Source of the DNA: Scenedesmus sp. PABB004
Taxonomy: Eukaryota
Assembly (NCBI GenBank): GCA_014905635.1
Contig: JABVCE010000033.1
Coordinates: 124,001-188,000 of the forward strand
DNA: 64,000 bases
Direction: 5' to 3'
Position numbers and translations under genes: made by a program. Positions 63,412 through 64,000 of this stretch are shown here, piece by piece. The notes beneath the pieces were generated by a model, which was given only the letters and a program-made list of their open reading frames with translations, ran no database searches and had not been told where the DNA came from. Each line of letters begins with the position of its first letter. Position 1 is the stretch's first letter.

Positions 63412-64000
63412 ATGCCGGAGCAGCAGGCGGCCAGCGGCCAGGAGGCGCCGCGCATCCACCTGGTGGTGCTGCAGCACGGGCTGTGGGGCTCGCCCGACAA
63501 CGTGGGCCGCCTGCATGACTGGCTGGCCCAGCACCTGCCGGGCGCCCGCGGCAGCAGCGGCGGCGCAGACCCGGCCGCGCCCGCGGAGCAGTGGCGCCTG
63601 CTGAACAGCGACGTCAACGCGGGCCGCGCCACCTACGACGGCGTGGACGTCTGCGGCGTGCGGCTCGCGGGCCTGGTGCAGGAGGCGGTCGCCGCGCTCG
63701 CAGGGCAGGGCGCGCGCGTGACCAAGCTCTCCCTCATCGGCTACTCCCTGGGCGGCCTCATCGCCCGGTGAGGCCGCGCGCGCCGGGCGCACCGCCAGCC
63801 CGCCGCCCGGTTGCCCACCGCCCGGCCACGCGCCGCCGCGCGCCGGACAGCAGCAGCGTGCGCGGGGCAGCGGCGCCGCGCCGCGCTGCGGCGGCCGCCG
63901 CCACGCCCACGCTGACCCCTGCCGGCGCAGGTACGCGGCGGGCAAGCTCTACGTCGCGGGGCTGTTTGACTCGGTGGAGCCGGTCAACTTTATCACCATC
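63412..64000 (+). CDS. DUF676 putative serine esterase/lipase, 5' part (runs off window)
   Basis: HLVVLQHGLWG, TYDGVDVCGVRLA, SLIGYSLGGLIAR|YAAG (GxSxG) and PVNFIT. Confidence 0.9.

Overview
This is eukaryotic, very GC-rich (roughly 75-80% by eye), intron-dense nuclear DNA of chlorophyte green-algal type: GTGCG/GTGAG donors, (C)GCAG acceptors and TGTAA poly(A) signals. It is not prokaryotic, and most long ORF-track entries are Ala/Arg-rich shadow frames. Splicing by hand gives about 16 genes: ethanolamine/choline kinase (partial), RPB6, an ~11-kb CENP-E-type kinesin-7, a Cys-rich protein, a His-rich type-I membrane protein, an amidase-signature protein lacking its catalytic triad, a 125-aa secreted protein, a subtilisin, an ~12-kb GRIP golgin with a coding minisatellite, an OPR/RAP-like organellar protein, a SAM-domain protein, an intronless trypsin-like protease, a secreted L-gulonolactone-oxidase-like flavoprotein, an M1 aminopeptidase, a MaoC/HTD2 dehydratase and a DUF676 esterase (partial). 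The most interesting signals are: (i) a small prepropeptide-like gene (signal peptide, RGLR|Q, one Cys pair, C-terminal -YF-Gly-Arg amidation signal) directly downstream of a subtilisin on the same strand; (ii) a pseudo-amidase; (iii) an unusually high share of GC-AG introns. Exon boundaries were inferred by eye without transcript data.
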